Source: Dendrobates tinctorius (Eukaryota). Taken from it: DNA of 64,000 nt. The position numbers were made by a program, and so were the translations under genes. Shown here in pieces: positions 63,130-64,000 of the stretch. How positions within the stretch are numbered: position 1 is the first letter of the stretch; each line of letters starts with the position of its first letter. The notes under the pieces are model-generated. The model saw only the letters and a program-made list of their open reading frames with translations. It was not told the DNA's origin and did not search any database. The stretch is taken from positions 3,968,001 through 4,032,000 of the forward strand of contig NW_027361806.1 of NCBI RefSeq assembly GCF_039654945.1. Reading direction: 5' to 3'.

Positions 63130-63975
63130 TACAGAATAGTGAGTGCAGCTCTGGAGTATAATACAGGATGTAACTCAGGATGAGTAATGTAATGTATGTA
63201 CACAGTGACTGCACCAGCAGAATAGTGAGTGCAGCTCTGGAGTATAATAAAGGATGTAACTCAGGACCAGTAATGTAATGTATGTACACAGTGTCTGCAC
63301 CAGCAGAATAGTGAGTGCAGCTCTGGAGTATAATACAGGGTGTAACTCAGGAGCAGTACATGATCAGTAATGTATGTACACAGTGACTGCACCAGCAGAA
63401 TAGTGAGTGCAGCTCTGGAGTATAATACAAGATGTAACTCAGGATCAGTAATGTAATGTATGTACACAGTGACTGCACCAGCAGAATAGTGAGTGCAGCT
63501 CTGGAGTATAATACAGGATGTAACTCAGGATCAGTAATGTAATGTATGTACACAGTGACTGCACCAGCAGCATAGTGAGTGCAGCTCTGGAGTATAATAC
63601 AAGATGTAACTCAGGATCAGTAATGTAATGTATGTACACAGTGACTGCACCAGCAGAATAGTGAGTGCAGCTCTGGAGTATAATACAGGATGTAACTCAG
63701 GATCAGTAATGTAATGTATGTACACAGTGACTGCACCAGCAGAATAGTGAGTGCAGCTCTGGAGTATAATACAGGATGTAACTCAGGATCAGTAATGTAA
63801 TGTATGTACACAGTGACTGCACCAGCAGCATAGTGAGTGCAGCTCTGGGGTATAATACAGGATGTAACTCAGGATCAGTAATGTATGTATGCACACAGTG
63901 ACTGCACCAGCAGAGTAGTGAGTGCAGCTCTGGAGTATAATACAGGATGTAACTCAGGATCAGTAATGTATGTAC
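63130..63975. repeat. 86-bp tandem satellite, ~10 units, in a TESK2 intron
   Basis: Same unit and orientation as 29800-30505. Confidence 0.95.
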
Positions 63976-64000
63976 AGGAAGACACACATTGGGCAGTGAG

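Overview
Vertebrate, almost certainly anuran (frog), genomic DNA. It carries the conserved block HPDL(+), MUTYH(-, 15 coding exons, about 504 aa), TOE1(+, 7 coding exons, about 508 aa) and the 3' part of TESK2(-). MUTYH and TOE1 are head-to-head on a short shared promoter. Introns and intergenic DNA are packed with transposons: two palindromic Penelope-like insertions, a DD37E Tc1-like element split by a minisatellite-bearing hAT element, a 5'-truncated L1 with a 16-bp TSD, a nearly intact DIRS retrotransposon, two decayed Tc1 copies, many MITEs and several tandem arrays. Two signals stand out. (1) The DIRS gag stop (GCA-TGA-CTA) is followed in frame by a ~976-codon recombinase frame (once one CT slippage is repaired) and in +1 by an AUG-less pol frame, which suggests a single-stop recoding switch. 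(2) Four minimal hammerhead ribozyme motifs are present, two in sense orientation inside MUTYH and TESK2 introns. All calls were made by reading the sequence; no searches were run.
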